Below the pieces are notes generated by a model. That model did not search any database. It saw only the letters and a list, made by a program, of their open reading frames with translations, and had not been told where the DNA came from. Positions 16,459 to 25,997 of a stretch of DNA of 64,000 bases are shown in pieces; position 1 is the stretch's first letter, and each line of letters opens with the position of its first letter. Both the position numbers and the translations under genes were made by a program. This DNA comes from a virus: positions 46,277 through 110,276 of the IMG/VR virus record IMGVR_UViG_3300017780_006957; one strand, written 5' to 3'.

Positions 16459-17973
16459 TTATAAAGCTATTGCGTAAGCGATAGATAAAATTTTTGCACT
16501 TTCTATCTGTTGATATATATTATATACCCCACTTATTGTTAAATTTCCACTAATATTTATGTTACCACTTATGCTTTGGTCGCCAGTTGTATATACAAGA
16601 TTGTTAATTCCTGTGATAAAGCCGCTTGGGTTTGAACTAGCATAAAACTGACCAGTTTGAGTGTTTAAAACATAAGAGCCAGTAGAATTAGATAAGCTGG
16701 TGATTTGGGTCTGAAGACCCCCACTGATACCAGTAACATAAACTTGAGTTGCGTAAGAAGAAAGATCAACCCCAGTGATAAAACCAGAGGGATTTGATGA
16801 AGCGTAAAATTGACCAGTTTCTATTTTTAAAACATAACTTCCTGTTTGGCTATTTAATGTAGAGATTTGAGTTTGTAATCCGCCACTAATCGTAGCCACC
16901 TCTTCTAAAGAAGCAATAGTATCTAAAGTACTTAAATCACTTGCTCTAGTCGATATTCCAAATTTAAATTTATCGGAATGGTCAAAGCCAATAATTGCGC
17001 CCGAATCATTTATTCCAGTTAAACCAGATCCAGTAACAAAGAATATGCCGCCATCAACTGCACCACCAGTCAAATTCAGCATTATATAATTACTTGAAAC
17101 GTTTGTATTGGTTGTATTGATTATGGTTTCAACGCCAGTTACATATAGATTATTAATGTAAACATTGTCGTGGAATGTTTTAGTCCCGAGGATTGTTTCT
17201 GCGCCAGTTGCATTTACATACCTAGATTCAGATTCATTTTTTGTATAATAATTACCAGAAAATGATAAATCGACTCCAGTAATATATCCCGAAGGGTTAG
17301 TGTTTAGATAATAGGAGCCTGTTTTATTATTAAGAGCGGTTATTTGATGCTGTAGCCCACCGCTTATTCCTGTAACGTAACCAGTTGGCGCGTATTGGTT
17401 TGGATTATTAGATGAATAAAACTGACCAGTTTGGCTGTTCGTGATGAAGTTTCCAGTTTCTGATTTTAATGCGTAAGAACCTGTTTGATTATTTAAAACA
17501 GTAATTTGCCCTTGTAAATATCCACTAACACCAGTTACTTCTGGTTGAGCAGTAATATCACCACTTAATAAAATTCCAGTGCCATTAACTGTTGGGCGAG
17601 AATAGAAATTTTTAATTCCAGAAATATTTTGATTTCCAAAATCATAAACAATATTATTAATTCCAGTAATAAATCCAGATGGATTTGATGAAGCGTAGAA
17701 TGCGCCCGTTTCTGAATGAAGAGTATAAGTTCCTGTTGAATTGATTATACTATTTAAATTAGTATATTGCCCCGAAGTTAAATGATAATATTGATTACTT
17801 TGGCCACCTTGTAAGCCCAAAAGATAATTATGATCAATGGCATCAATGCCGCCACTAATGTGAGTATTAGCGTGTAAAGTATAACCCTGTGGTGATAAAT
17901 TTAATAAATTACCACTATTGCCAACTAATATGTTAATATTAGGAATGGGGGATACTTGAACATTGATACTCAT
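16459..17973 (-). CDS. tail fiber-like repeat protein
   Basis: Repeated TGQFYASSNPSGFITG and TGISGGLQ.QI. Confidence 0.75.
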   Translation of the reverse strand: MSINVQVSPIPNINILVGNSGNLLNLSPQGYTLHANTHISGGIDAIDHNYLLGLQGGQSNQYYHLTSGQYTNLNSIINSTGTYTLHSETGAFYASSNPSGFITGINNIVYDFGNQNISGIKNFYSRPTVNGTGILLSGDITAQPEVTGVSGYLQGQITVLNNQTGSYALKSETGNFITNSQTGQFYSSNNPNQYAPTGYVTGISGGLQHQITALNNKTGSYYLNTNPSGYITGVDLSFSGNYYTKNESESRYVNATGAETILGTKTFHDNVYINNLYVTGVETIINTTNTNVSSNYIMLNLTGGAVDGGIFFVTGSGLTGINDSGAIIGFDHSDKFKFGISTRASDLSTLDTIASLEEVATISGGLQTQISTLNSQTGSYVLKIETGQFYASSNPSGFITGVDLSSYATQVYVTGISGGLQTQITSLSNSTGSYVLNTQTGQFYASSNPSGFITGINNLVYTTGDQSISGNINISGNLTISGVYNIYQQIESAKILSIAYAIAL

Positions 17974-18305
17974 TGTGTTTTATTATCAATATTAATTACA
18001 GATCCATACATCAATTTGTCTGGGCAACCATCTAATCTATCGGCAAAAAGATCATAAGAGCTTGGTGCGACATCAAGAAGTAGCGTTTGGTCAGAAGTTA
18101 AAGAGATAATGGCTGTCCCACTTCCAGTATTTAATATCTGAGTATTAAATACTGCTTGTAATTCATCATCAAAATCTCTTCGTATTTGACCAGTTAAAGT
18201 TATCCCAGAAAGATTATAGGGAGAGCCATCTGTATTGGTAAATGTCAACCCCAAACTAAAACAAGCTCGTTTCTCAACGGAAATATTATACAGCGCAGCA
18301 CTCAT
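17970..18305 (-). CDS. BppU-like fiber attachment protein
   Basis: PYNLSG...GQIR...ISLTSDQT...YDL...K...G. Confidence 0.6.
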   Translation of the reverse strand: MSAALYNISVEKRACFSLGLTFTNTDGSPYNLSGITLTGQIRRDFDDELQAVFNTQILNTGSGTAIISLTSDQTLLLDVAPSSYDLFADRLDGCPDKLMYGSVINIDNKTQ

Positions 18306-18336
18306 CAAATGCTTTTACACTTATCGTTTAAATTAT

Positions 18337-18672
18337 TTACTTATTGACAAACTTTTCTGGACTCTTTTCAAACTTTTTCGCTAAATTGACAATTCCGTTA
18401 ATGATTTCTGGAGAAACAACGCCAATAGTTCCATAAATTATGGCTTTATATAGCGAAGAAATCTCTAACGAATTAATAACCGTACCTGAGTCAATGATTA
18501 TCCAAGCCACACCCGATAACATTGAAGCTGCACAAACTTTTTTTAATTGTTGCAAAATTGTCAACTTTACTGGACTAGAAATTAATCTTGTAGCCATTGT
18601 TAACGCTCCAATAAAAGGAATGATCCAACCACCATTTATAAATTCTTTTAAGAGAGACTTCTCAGGTTCCAT
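18337..18672 (-). CDS. putative holin
   Basis: About three hydrophobic segments and basic C-terminus. Confidence 0.6.
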   Translation of the reverse strand: MEPEKSLLKEFINGGWIIPFIGALTMATRLISSPVKLTILQQLKKVCAASMLSGVAWIIIDSGTVINSLEISSLYKAIIYGTIGVVSPEIINGIVNLAKKFEKSPEKFVNK

Positions 18673-18698
18673 GATAAACATAATTACACAGTGAACAC

Positions 18699-18731
18699 AA
18701 AAAAAACCTCATAAAAATATGAGGTTTTTTT
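18699..18731. terminator. intrinsic terminator
   Basis: AAAAAAACCTCATA-AAAA-TATGAGGTTTTTTT. Confidence 0.8.
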
Positions 18732-18742
18732 AAAAAAATTAT

Positions 18743-18943
18743 TTACTTTTTTAAGGAAACACTAAATATTGTTAGTGCCGTTTCCCCAGTGTCTGATTTT
18801 GTAATCTCATCGACCCTTCCATTCATTCTTGACGCGCAATCCTTTGCCCACCTAAACCCTTCTGAAATTTCGCTAGTGTAGGTTTGAATATAATTGTTTT
18901 TGTAGTCATAGACTCGATATAGATTATGTTGTTTTTCGCTCAT
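18743..18943 (-). CDS. hypothetical protein
   Basis: 66 aa; TTGACT-17-TAATCT at 18952-18980. Confidence 0.65.
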   Translation of the reverse strand: MSEKQHNLYRVYDYKNNYIQTYTSEISEGFRWAKDCASRMNGRVDEITKSDTGETALTIFSVSLKK

Positions 18944-18963
18944 GTGTTTATAGATTACTGTTT

Positions 18964-19257
18964 TTAATCAACAAAGTCAAGATTTTTTTCCGCAAGGCTA
19001 TTTGAATTTGCGGTTTTTTCTGGATAAAACTCTAAAGCAATATTCCCAACAAATTTAGCATCGTCGCTAATAATCCCAAAAATTAATACAAAATTATGAT
19101 TAAAATGGCTTTCTTTAATATCCAAGAAATGTTTTTTATTATTTAAAAAAAGTGAATGGACTTTTCCTTCGCTTTGTAGAGTGCAGTTTTCAAAAATTTG
19201 ATCTTGAAAATGTTTTGTGATGCTGTTTGTGCCGATTATTTTAATTGAGCCTTTCAT
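18964..19257 (-). CDS. hypothetical protein
   Basis: 97 aa ORF. Confidence 0.6.
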   Translation of the reverse strand: MKGSIKIIGTNSITKHFQDQIFENCTLQSEGKVHSLFLNNKKHFLDIKESHFNHNFVLIFGIISDDAKFVGNIALEFYPEKTANSNSLAEKNLDFVD

Positions 19258-19711
19258 GTTTCCAAGTGATTTGTATATTATTTTCTTTTATATTTAATTC
19301 GCCAATATGATCGTATCGTTTTAGCCAATTTAAGAATTTATTTAATTTATGTTTCCTAGTTATACTAGCTGAAATTGAAGATTTATCAAATTTATTCATA
19401 GCAAAAAATACTGTTTCATGAATCATTTGCATGGATAATTTTTGATCTTTAGAAAAACCACCAAAAGAAAACTCAAGAGCAATTTCAGAATTTTGCCAAG
19501 AAAAAAATGTATATCTATCAATTTTGGGTTTTGAAGACTTAACAATAAAACACTCTTTGCTTAAAAAATCAAAATATTCTTTGATTTTCAAAGACCTTAA
19601 AGATGGCGATCTTAGAGAACAAAAATCATAAGGTTTAGATTTGATACAAAAATCATAGAACAGATCAAATAATTCTTTATTATCGTAATCTACCTGTTTA
19701 ATTTCCGTCAT
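19241..19711 (-). CDS. hypothetical protein
   Basis: 156 aa ORF. Confidence 0.6.
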   Translation of the reverse strand: MTEIKQVDYDNKELFDLFYDFCIKSKPYDFCSLRSPSLRSLKIKEYFDFLSKECFIVKSSKPKIDRYTFFSWQNSEIALEFSFGGFSKDQKLSMQMIHETVFFAMNKFDKSSISASITRKHKLNKFLNWLKRYDHIGELNIKENNIQITWKHERLN

Positions 19712-19748
19712 TACTGTTTATAATAACAATAATAGTGTAAATTTAAAT

Positions 19749-20726
19749 ATGGGTCAAGGTCAAAATAAAATAGCAAGCAGTTTGTTGGATATCCAACCGA
19801 CAGCAGTGCTAGAATTTTTTAGAATATATCCAGATACAGTCAATAAGCCAACCGCCTTCATTCCAATTCATGGCGGATCTATATTCGGAGGAAATGTTAC
19901 TTGGCAGTCTATTGAATATATTCCCGTGCCAGTAGAGGGTGAAGGTTTTGAAATCAATGGCAATGGTCAATTATCAAGGCCAAAAATTAGAATTGCCAAT
20001 AAAGATTATTTAATAAGCAGTTTACTTCAAAATAATTTTGATTTTAAAAATGCTAAAATAGTCAGAAAAAGAACATTCTTAAAATATTTAGATGATGTTA
20101 ACTTCGAAGGTGGCAATCCTTTTGGACCTCAAGATTTTACGGCAGAAATAAATAACGAAACATTTTTAATTGGTCAAAAAACGGCTGAAAATAAAGTATA
20201 TGTAGAGTTTGAACTCACTTCGCCGCTTGATTTAGAAAATTTTGAAATCACTAATAGACAAATATTAGCAAAGTATTGTTATTGGATGTATAGAGGCGCA
20301 GGCTGTAATTATGTTAATAAACCAATAGAAATGGAAAACGGAGATCCATTTTTAGATGCAAATGGAGATGCTGTAATTCCAAATTCTCCAGAAAATGGAT
20401 TTTTGACTAATTCTAATTATCAATGGATCGATACTACTACTTATAATCAAAGTGGTATAGCGTATTTAGAAAATCCAAAAGTAATTATCAATAAAAACCC
20501 TAATGACAAAGAAAGTTATTCAGGACCGCTAAGAACTTGGTATGTTTCCATTACTGGCGGTAATTTAAATAATCATCCAGAATCAAATCCAACTTATTGG
20601 CTAAAAGATGGATGCTCAAAAAAATTAAATGCTTGTAAAAAAAGATTTATTAGTAGCCCCAAAATACAAGGAGAAAGTCTGCCATTTGGAGGCTTTCCTG
20701 GAACAGATGGATTCCCTTATGGTTAA
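19749..20726 (+). CDS. minor tail protein, lambda gpL-like
   Basis: Y.P.PVE.EGFE, RKRTFLKYLD, C.W.YRG.GC.Y, C.K.L.AC..RF, FGGFPG. Confidence 0.92.
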   Translation: MGQGQNKIASSLLDIQPTAVLEFFRIYPDTVNKPTAFIPIHGGSIFGGNVTWQSIEYIPVPVEGEGFEINGNGQLSRPKIRIANKDYLISSLLQNNFDFKNAKIVRKRTFLKYLDDVNFEGGNPFGPQDFTAEINNETFLIGQKTAENKVYVEFELTSPLDLENFEITNRQILAKYCYWMYRGAGCNYVNKPIEMENGDPFLDANGDAVIPNSPENGFLTNSNYQWIDTTTYNQSGIAYLENPKVIINKNPNDKESYSGPLRTWYVSITGGNLNNHPESNPTYWLKDGCSKKLNACKKRFISSPKIQGESLPFGGFPGTDGFPYG

Positions 20727-21120
20727 TATTTGTAAAAATATAAAAGATGCATTAGCGGTAATTAAAAATCACTGCTGTTCAAATCCGTATACTGAAGTAT
20801 GTGGATTTATAGGCTATGATGAAAGTTTAAAAAAACACATAGTGCAGCTAGAAAAAAATTGCTCCACTGATCCTCAAAACTTTTTTGCTATTGACGCTTT
20901 GAAATATTTGCTTTTTAAGCAGAAGTATTTATTTGGCGCAATCTTCCATAGTCATATTATTGGCGACGAAAAAGCTTCTGAGTTCGATATTAAAATGTCA
21001 GAAAATTGCTGTATTCCATTTTTGATTTACGGGTTAAACACTGATGAGTTCGAAATTTATCAGCCTAAAAATATCGAATGTGATGTAAAGATACTAAAGA
21101 GAATTAAATCCAACATATGA
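20719..21120 (+). CDS. tail tip assembly protein, gpK-like (JAB/MPN domain only)
   Basis: EVCG, IFHSH, SEFD; lies between L and I. Confidence 0.8.
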   Translation: MVNICKNIKDALAVIKNHCCSNPYTEVCGFIGYDESLKKHIVQLEKNCSTDPQNFFAIDALKYLLFKQKYLFGAIFHSHIIGDEKASEFDIKMSENCCIPFLIYGLNTDEFEIYQPKNIECDVKILKRIKSNI

Positions 21121-21779
21121 CAAATATAATTTTACATGGAATTCTTGCTAAAGAATTTGGCGGAAACTTTAGAATGAAAATTCATAAGGCTATAAATGTT
21201 ATTAAAGCTATAGATGTCAATAGAAGAACTTTTAATAAAAGAATATTCGAACTTTCGAGAGAAGGATTAAATTATACAATGATTGTTGATGGTAAAAAAA
21301 TTACTGAATTAGAGGAATTAAATATACAAAAAGAACCACAGGAGATTCATTTAGTTCCTTTGATTATGGGATCTGGGGGGGTTGCTTTGGTGACTGCGCT
21401 TGGATTTGCAACCTCCGCAGGAACTCTTATAGGTGGTGCTGCTTTTGCTGCGGCAGCAATAAACGCAGTCATTCTTACTGTTGTATCCGTTGGTCTTCAA
21501 ATGTTATTGGCCCCAAAACCTGATGCTGGTCCAGCAATATCTGCGACTACAAAAGCTTTGTCAGAATCTTTTGCTTTCTCTAATAAAGGAAACGTAGCTG
21601 CTCAAGGCTCTGCGGTCCCAGTTGGCTATGGACGACTCAAAGTTGGATCGAAATTAATACAAATGAGCGTAAAATCATTTCCTCAAAATCAAAATGCAAC
21701 TAGCATTATGCGTCAAAATCCTTATTCTTCCCCCAATACAACCGAACAGATTATTGAGACTGTATCTAATAAATCTTAA
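21117..21779 (+). CDS. tail assembly protein, gpI-like
   Basis: LHG.LA..FG, EIHLVP..MGSG, QG..VPVGYGRL.VGS. Confidence 0.9.
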   Translation: MTNIILHGILAKEFGGNFRMKIHKAINVIKAIDVNRRTFNKRIFELSREGLNYTMIVDGKKITELEELNIQKEPQEIHLVPLIMGSGGVALVTALGFATSAGTLIGGAAFAAAAINAVILTVVSVGLQMLLAPKPDAGPAISATTKALSESFAFSNKGNVAAQGSAVPVGYGRLKVGSKLIQMSVKSFPQNQNATSIMRQNPYSSPNTTEQIIETVSNKS

Positions 21780-21787
21780 TAAATAAT

Positions 21788-24700
21788 ATGAAACACTTAT
21801 TAAAGAAAATGTCTTTTGGCGGCGGTGGAATTTTTTCAAAGAAAAAACCAAAACCAAAACCAGCACAATTAAAGCCTCCCGTTCTTGGCACAATTCAATT
21901 AGCCGCTTCATTTAGTTATGTAGAGCTTTTGGATTTAGTGAGTGATGGGCCTATCCTTGGATTAGTTAATGAAAATGGCCTTGTATTATCAAGTAAAGAT
22001 ATGTTGCAGGGTATATATTTAGATGATACAGCTGTCGCTGTGTCTGATGATAAAATTGTTCAAGAAATTCCCAAATTGGGTCTATCGAAAGATGTTAAAA
22101 GTACGGCTCTCGTAACGACCCTTTCTCAAGTATTCAAGAATATACAAAAATCAAATGTTTATTATACGCAAGGTATACCGCAAAATTATAAAGCAATTAA
22201 TTCGTTAATTAAGTATAGCCTTTTGGCAGTTTATATGAATAAACTTATTAATTATACAACTTATGATTACATTTATACAGAAAATACAAATTTAACTAGA
22301 CTGGGCCAAAGATGGTTTTTTGAAAATAAAAATAATCAATTACATACTCTTGCAGATAGTGCTTGGTGGTCAGCTAATCTTTCTCCAAAAAACGAACCAC
22401 GATATACTCGTACTTTAATTCATGACCAATTGCTGAATTTGTTTACTATTTATGACGCAAATACAAACCCCTATGAAAGATCATATCTTAAAAATATATT
22501 TGATAATAACTTTTCATCGGGATGGGAAAGCTTACATAGAGCAACGATAATCTCTAATTTTATAGATCTTATAGAGGGTCCAGGTGGGGATATGAGATAT
22601 ATAATTAAGGTAAACCCAACCGACACGGAACTCTTTTTTAAAGCTGGAGAAGCTATTTCAAAAGACAAAAAATATAAATTTTCCATGTTCAATGTCGGTG
22701 GCGATCCTATCGAATTAAGTACAGACGTAAAAATTTATGATTTATTATTGCCGAGAATAGATGGTACTGGCAAGACCACTGGACGCGCAGTGGGATTTAG
22801 TGTTGTGTGGATCTACGCCCTCACTCAAAGCTACAGTAAGGATGGCTATGGATATGCGGCTTTCACTATTCCACAATTTGCTATTAATGCATTATCTAAT
22901 GTTTCGTATTTAGGTTTAAATGAAATATCAATTCCTATTGAAAATAATAATACAGTTCAAAAATACAATTATAGTAACATACTTGCAGAACATAGATTAG
23001 GAGAAGAATATCAAACTCCATTCAGATATTTTAATAATGTTTTAATCGATAAAGATTATTCATCACCACTAGTTGGCCCATTTAGGGTAAATTCTTCGGT
23101 TCAGAGAATTAATGAAAATGCAAGCATGATTAATGTAGAAGGCTCCACATTAACTACTTATGATATAGATGAAGAAGGAAGTAATGATCAAAGAGGAGGT
23201 TATAACTTTAGTAATTGGGATAAAAATATAAATTCATATAATGAAAATGCTATGCCTACAACTCATGTCATTAATAACCCAAACGTTACAAGTGTTTTTA
23301 TTACCATTCAAGTAGATTCTCTTGCGGACACTCTCAGCTTAGAATTAAATTCAACATTCCAAGCTGGTATGAATTATGCCAGTATTCTTAATATACAAGT
23401 AGAAACTGGATCAATAAATGAAAAGGGCGAAGAGGGGAATAAAGTTATTAGAAAATTTAAAATTTTAGCTCTAATACAAAGTTCCACTTATATTGATATA
23501 GGTAATCCAGATTTAAATGCATTTAACTCTGCTGATTATAAATTTATTAGTGAATATCCTGGTCAATCCAATACTGGAGACAATATCTTTCAACCATTTA
23601 TTTTACAAGAAATAAGTGATACGGTAGTAAAAAGATATGTTAGAGTCACAAAGCTTTCTGCCGAAACAAATTCCTCCCTATTACAAAAAGAATGCTCTCT
23701 TTCAAAAGTAACAGAGATTATTCCACAAAATTTTAGTTATCCAAATTCGGCAATAATCGCTACAAAAATTGATTCTAGGAGTTTTGGCAGCATACCAACA
23801 AGGGTATTTGATTGTAAATTAAAAAAAGTTCGTGTTCCAAGCAATTATTATCCTATTCTTTCAAATGGAAAAGATAAAAGATATTATTCATCAGAACTTA
23901 GTTTCAATCAAACACAATCATTAGATAAAATAGTTTATGATGGAGACTGGGATGGTGAATTTAAAATAGATCCCAAAACTAATCAATATCTTTTAGAGTG
24001 GACAGATAATCCTGCTTGGATTCTTTTAGATTTAATTACAAACTCAAGATATGGTCTTGGTCAATATATGGATGATAGTCAGATTGATATTTTTGATTTA
24101 TATAAAATAGCTAGATTCTGTGATGCCGTAGATGACTTTGGATATTTTCAAGGAGTTCCAGATGGACAAGGAGGTTTAGAGCCTAGATTCTCTTGTAATA
24201 TTTTATTTGAAGAAAACACAAAAGTGTTTGACGCTTTGAATGTTATTGCTTCTCTTTTTAGAGGTATTATTTATTATAGTAATTCTCAAATTAATTTTGT
24301 TGATGATAGGCCCAAAGATGCAATCGCTTTATTCTCAAATACAAATGTCAAAGATGGTATTTTTAACTATAGTAATTATCGTCGTGACGAACAATTTAAT
24401 TCTATAGAAGTAGTTTATATTGATAGATTTGAAAATTATTTAACAAAGATTGAATACATTGAAGATGAAGAAGATATTAGAAAGAGGGGCATTTTCAAAA
24501 AAACAATAAATGCCAATGGAGTAACTTCAAGAGCAATGGCAAGAAGATTAGGCAAGCATTTGATCTTTCAAACTATTAAAGAAAATCAGAGTGTAAGTTT
24601 TTCCACTGGTCTTGAAGCTTTATTCTGTAAGCCTGGAGATTTGATCATAGTCGAAGATGAACTCAAAAATTTAAAAAGTAATTTTGGTAAAGTTTTATCT

Positions 24701-25996
24701 ACTAACACTCAATCTGGATCAATTAGACTAAATGAAAAATTCATTAGTGGAGAATTTGATAATAGATTAACTGTTTATACTCCTACTGGATATTCAACTA
24801 ATGATGAAATTTTAGAGATAGCTAATTTACAAAGATCTAGAGTTCATGGTTCTGGATTTTATTTAAATTCGGGCAATTTACCTTCGACTTATTATGCCTA
24901 CCTTACGGGAGATTATATATTTTCTAAATATACAGATGGGTATGCTGGAGAAGTTGCACCTCCGAAACAAAACCAATACGCTTTCTATACTGGTTCAAAT
25001 TCAAAATTTTGTTATTATTCAACAGGATTTACTGGTTGGGTTTTAGGGACAGGGGTTTCGTTCTCTGACAATAATACATATAGTAAGATTATTTTTGGAA
25101 CTGGTGATTCTGAATTTACTGAAGTTAATAGGGGAAAATATAATATTTATAATACTGCCAGCGGAGATAGAAGAAGCGGTATCGCTGCTGATACTAATTC
25201 AGCAAATGCAATTACTGGAGTTAATTCATTATTTAAAGATGTTAGCGGAAGTTTACAACCAACTCACGGATTACTAGATTCAGATATTATCTTAAGCAGC
25301 CCGTCCCAGATAACAACATTTAATATTTCAGGAATAGTTCAATATGATTACGGTTGCGAGGCTTTTGTCGATTCTTCTGATATAAATTATTCTCTAGTTC
25401 CATTCGTCAAGGAGGGTTCTGTATATAGATTCCAAAGGACACTTTCAGACGATCAACTTTATAAAGTAATTTCAATAAAAGAAGAAAATATTAATGAATA
25501 TTCTCTTATATGTACTAAATTTGATACTGGCAAATATGCCCTTATTGAAAATGATAAAAGTATTGAATATCAATCAAATACTTATAGTTATACTGTAAGT
25601 CAAAAGATTGGAAATATTAATTATCAAGTATTAAGCACACCTAATATCCAGCAATTAACGACGGGTTTGAATGAGTCTAGTCAATTTTATATAAGTGGGA
25701 GCTGGAAACAGGTTTTAAATAATCAAGGATATAATGTTAATATTAAAAACTCACAAGGAGTAGTTGAAAGTCAAGTTTTAGCAACAAATATAACTGGCGC
25801 TGAATTTTATGTGGATGGTATTGGCAACTATTCATTTAGAGTAAACGCAATTGGTTCTGTCCCAAATCCCGCCCAAAATAATGCAAATTTCTATACCGAC
25901 TCGGATTATTCTGAATCTGGCTTATTTTTAATATATGAAGAAGGAAACCTTCTTAATTATGATAGACCTTATTTATCATCAGTAACAATTTTATAA
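21788..25996 (+). CDS. tail tip / host specificity protein, gpJ-like
   Basis: DLVSDGPI.GLV, WTDNPAWILLDL...RYGLG, EPRFSCN, G.TSR..A.R, PGDLI. Confidence 0.92.
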   Translation: MKHLLKKMSFGGGGIFSKKKPKPKPAQLKPPVLGTIQLAASFSYVELLDLVSDGPILGLVNENGLVLSSKDMLQGIYLDDTAVAVSDDKIVQEIPKLGLSKDVKSTALVTTLSQVFKNIQKSNVYYTQGIPQNYKAINSLIKYSLLAVYMNKLINYTTYDYIYTENTNLTRLGQRWFFENKNNQLHTLADSAWWSANLSPKNEPRYTRTLIHDQLLNLFTIYDANTNPYERSYLKNIFDNNFSSGWESLHRATIISNFIDLIEGPGGDMRYIIKVNPTDTELFFKAGEAISKDKKYKFSMFNVGGDPIELSTDVKIYDLLLPRIDGTGKTTGRAVGFSVVWIYALTQSYSKDGYGYAAFTIPQFAINALSNVSYLGLNEISIPIENNNTVQKYNYSNILAEHRLGEEYQTPFRYFNNVLIDKDYSSPLVGPFRVNSSVQRINENASMINVEGSTLTTYDIDEEGSNDQRGGYNFSNWDKNINSYNENAMPTTHVINNPNVTSVFITIQVDSLADTLSLELNSTFQAGMNYASILNIQVETGSINEKGEEGNKVIRKFKILALIQSSTYIDIGNPDLNAFNSADYKFISEYPGQSNTGDNIFQPFILQEISDTVVKRYVRVTKLSAETNSSLLQKECSLSKVTEIIPQNFSYPNSAIIATKIDSRSFGSIPTRVFDCKLKKVRVPSNYYPILSNGKDKRYYSSELSFNQTQSLDKIVYDGDWDGEFKIDPKTNQYLLEWTDNPAWILLDLITNSRYGLGQYMDDSQIDIFDLYKIARFCDAVDDFGYFQGVPDGQGGLEPRFSCNILFEENTKVFDALNVIASLFRGIIYYSNSQINFVDDRPKDAIALFSNTNVKDGIFNYSNYRRDEQFNSIEVVYIDRFENYLTKIEYIEDEEDIRKRGIFKKTINANGVTSRAMARRLGKHLIFQTIKENQSVSFSTGLEALFCKPGDLIIVEDELKNLKSNFGKVLSTNTQSGSIRLNEKFISGEFDNRLTVYTPTGYSTNDEILEIANLQRSRVHGSGFYLNSGNLPSTYYAYLTGDYIFSKYTDGYAGEVAPPKQNQYAFYTGSNSKFCYYSTGFTGWVLGTGVSFSDNNTYSKIIFGTGDSEFTEVNRGKYNIYNTASGDRRSGIAADTNSANAITGVNSLFKDVSGSLQPTHGLLDSDIILSSPSQITTFNISGIVQYDYGCEAFVDSSDINYSLVPFVKEGSVYRFQRTLSDDQLYKVISIKEENINEYSLICTKFDTGKYALIENDKSIEYQSNTYSYTVSQKIGNINYQVLSTPNIQQLTTGLNESSQFYISGSWKQVLNNQGYNVNIKNSQGVVESQVLATNITGAEFYVDGIGNYSFRVNAIGSVPNPAQNNANFYTDSDYSESGLFLIYEEGNLLNYDRPYLSSVTIL

Positions 25997-25997
25997 A

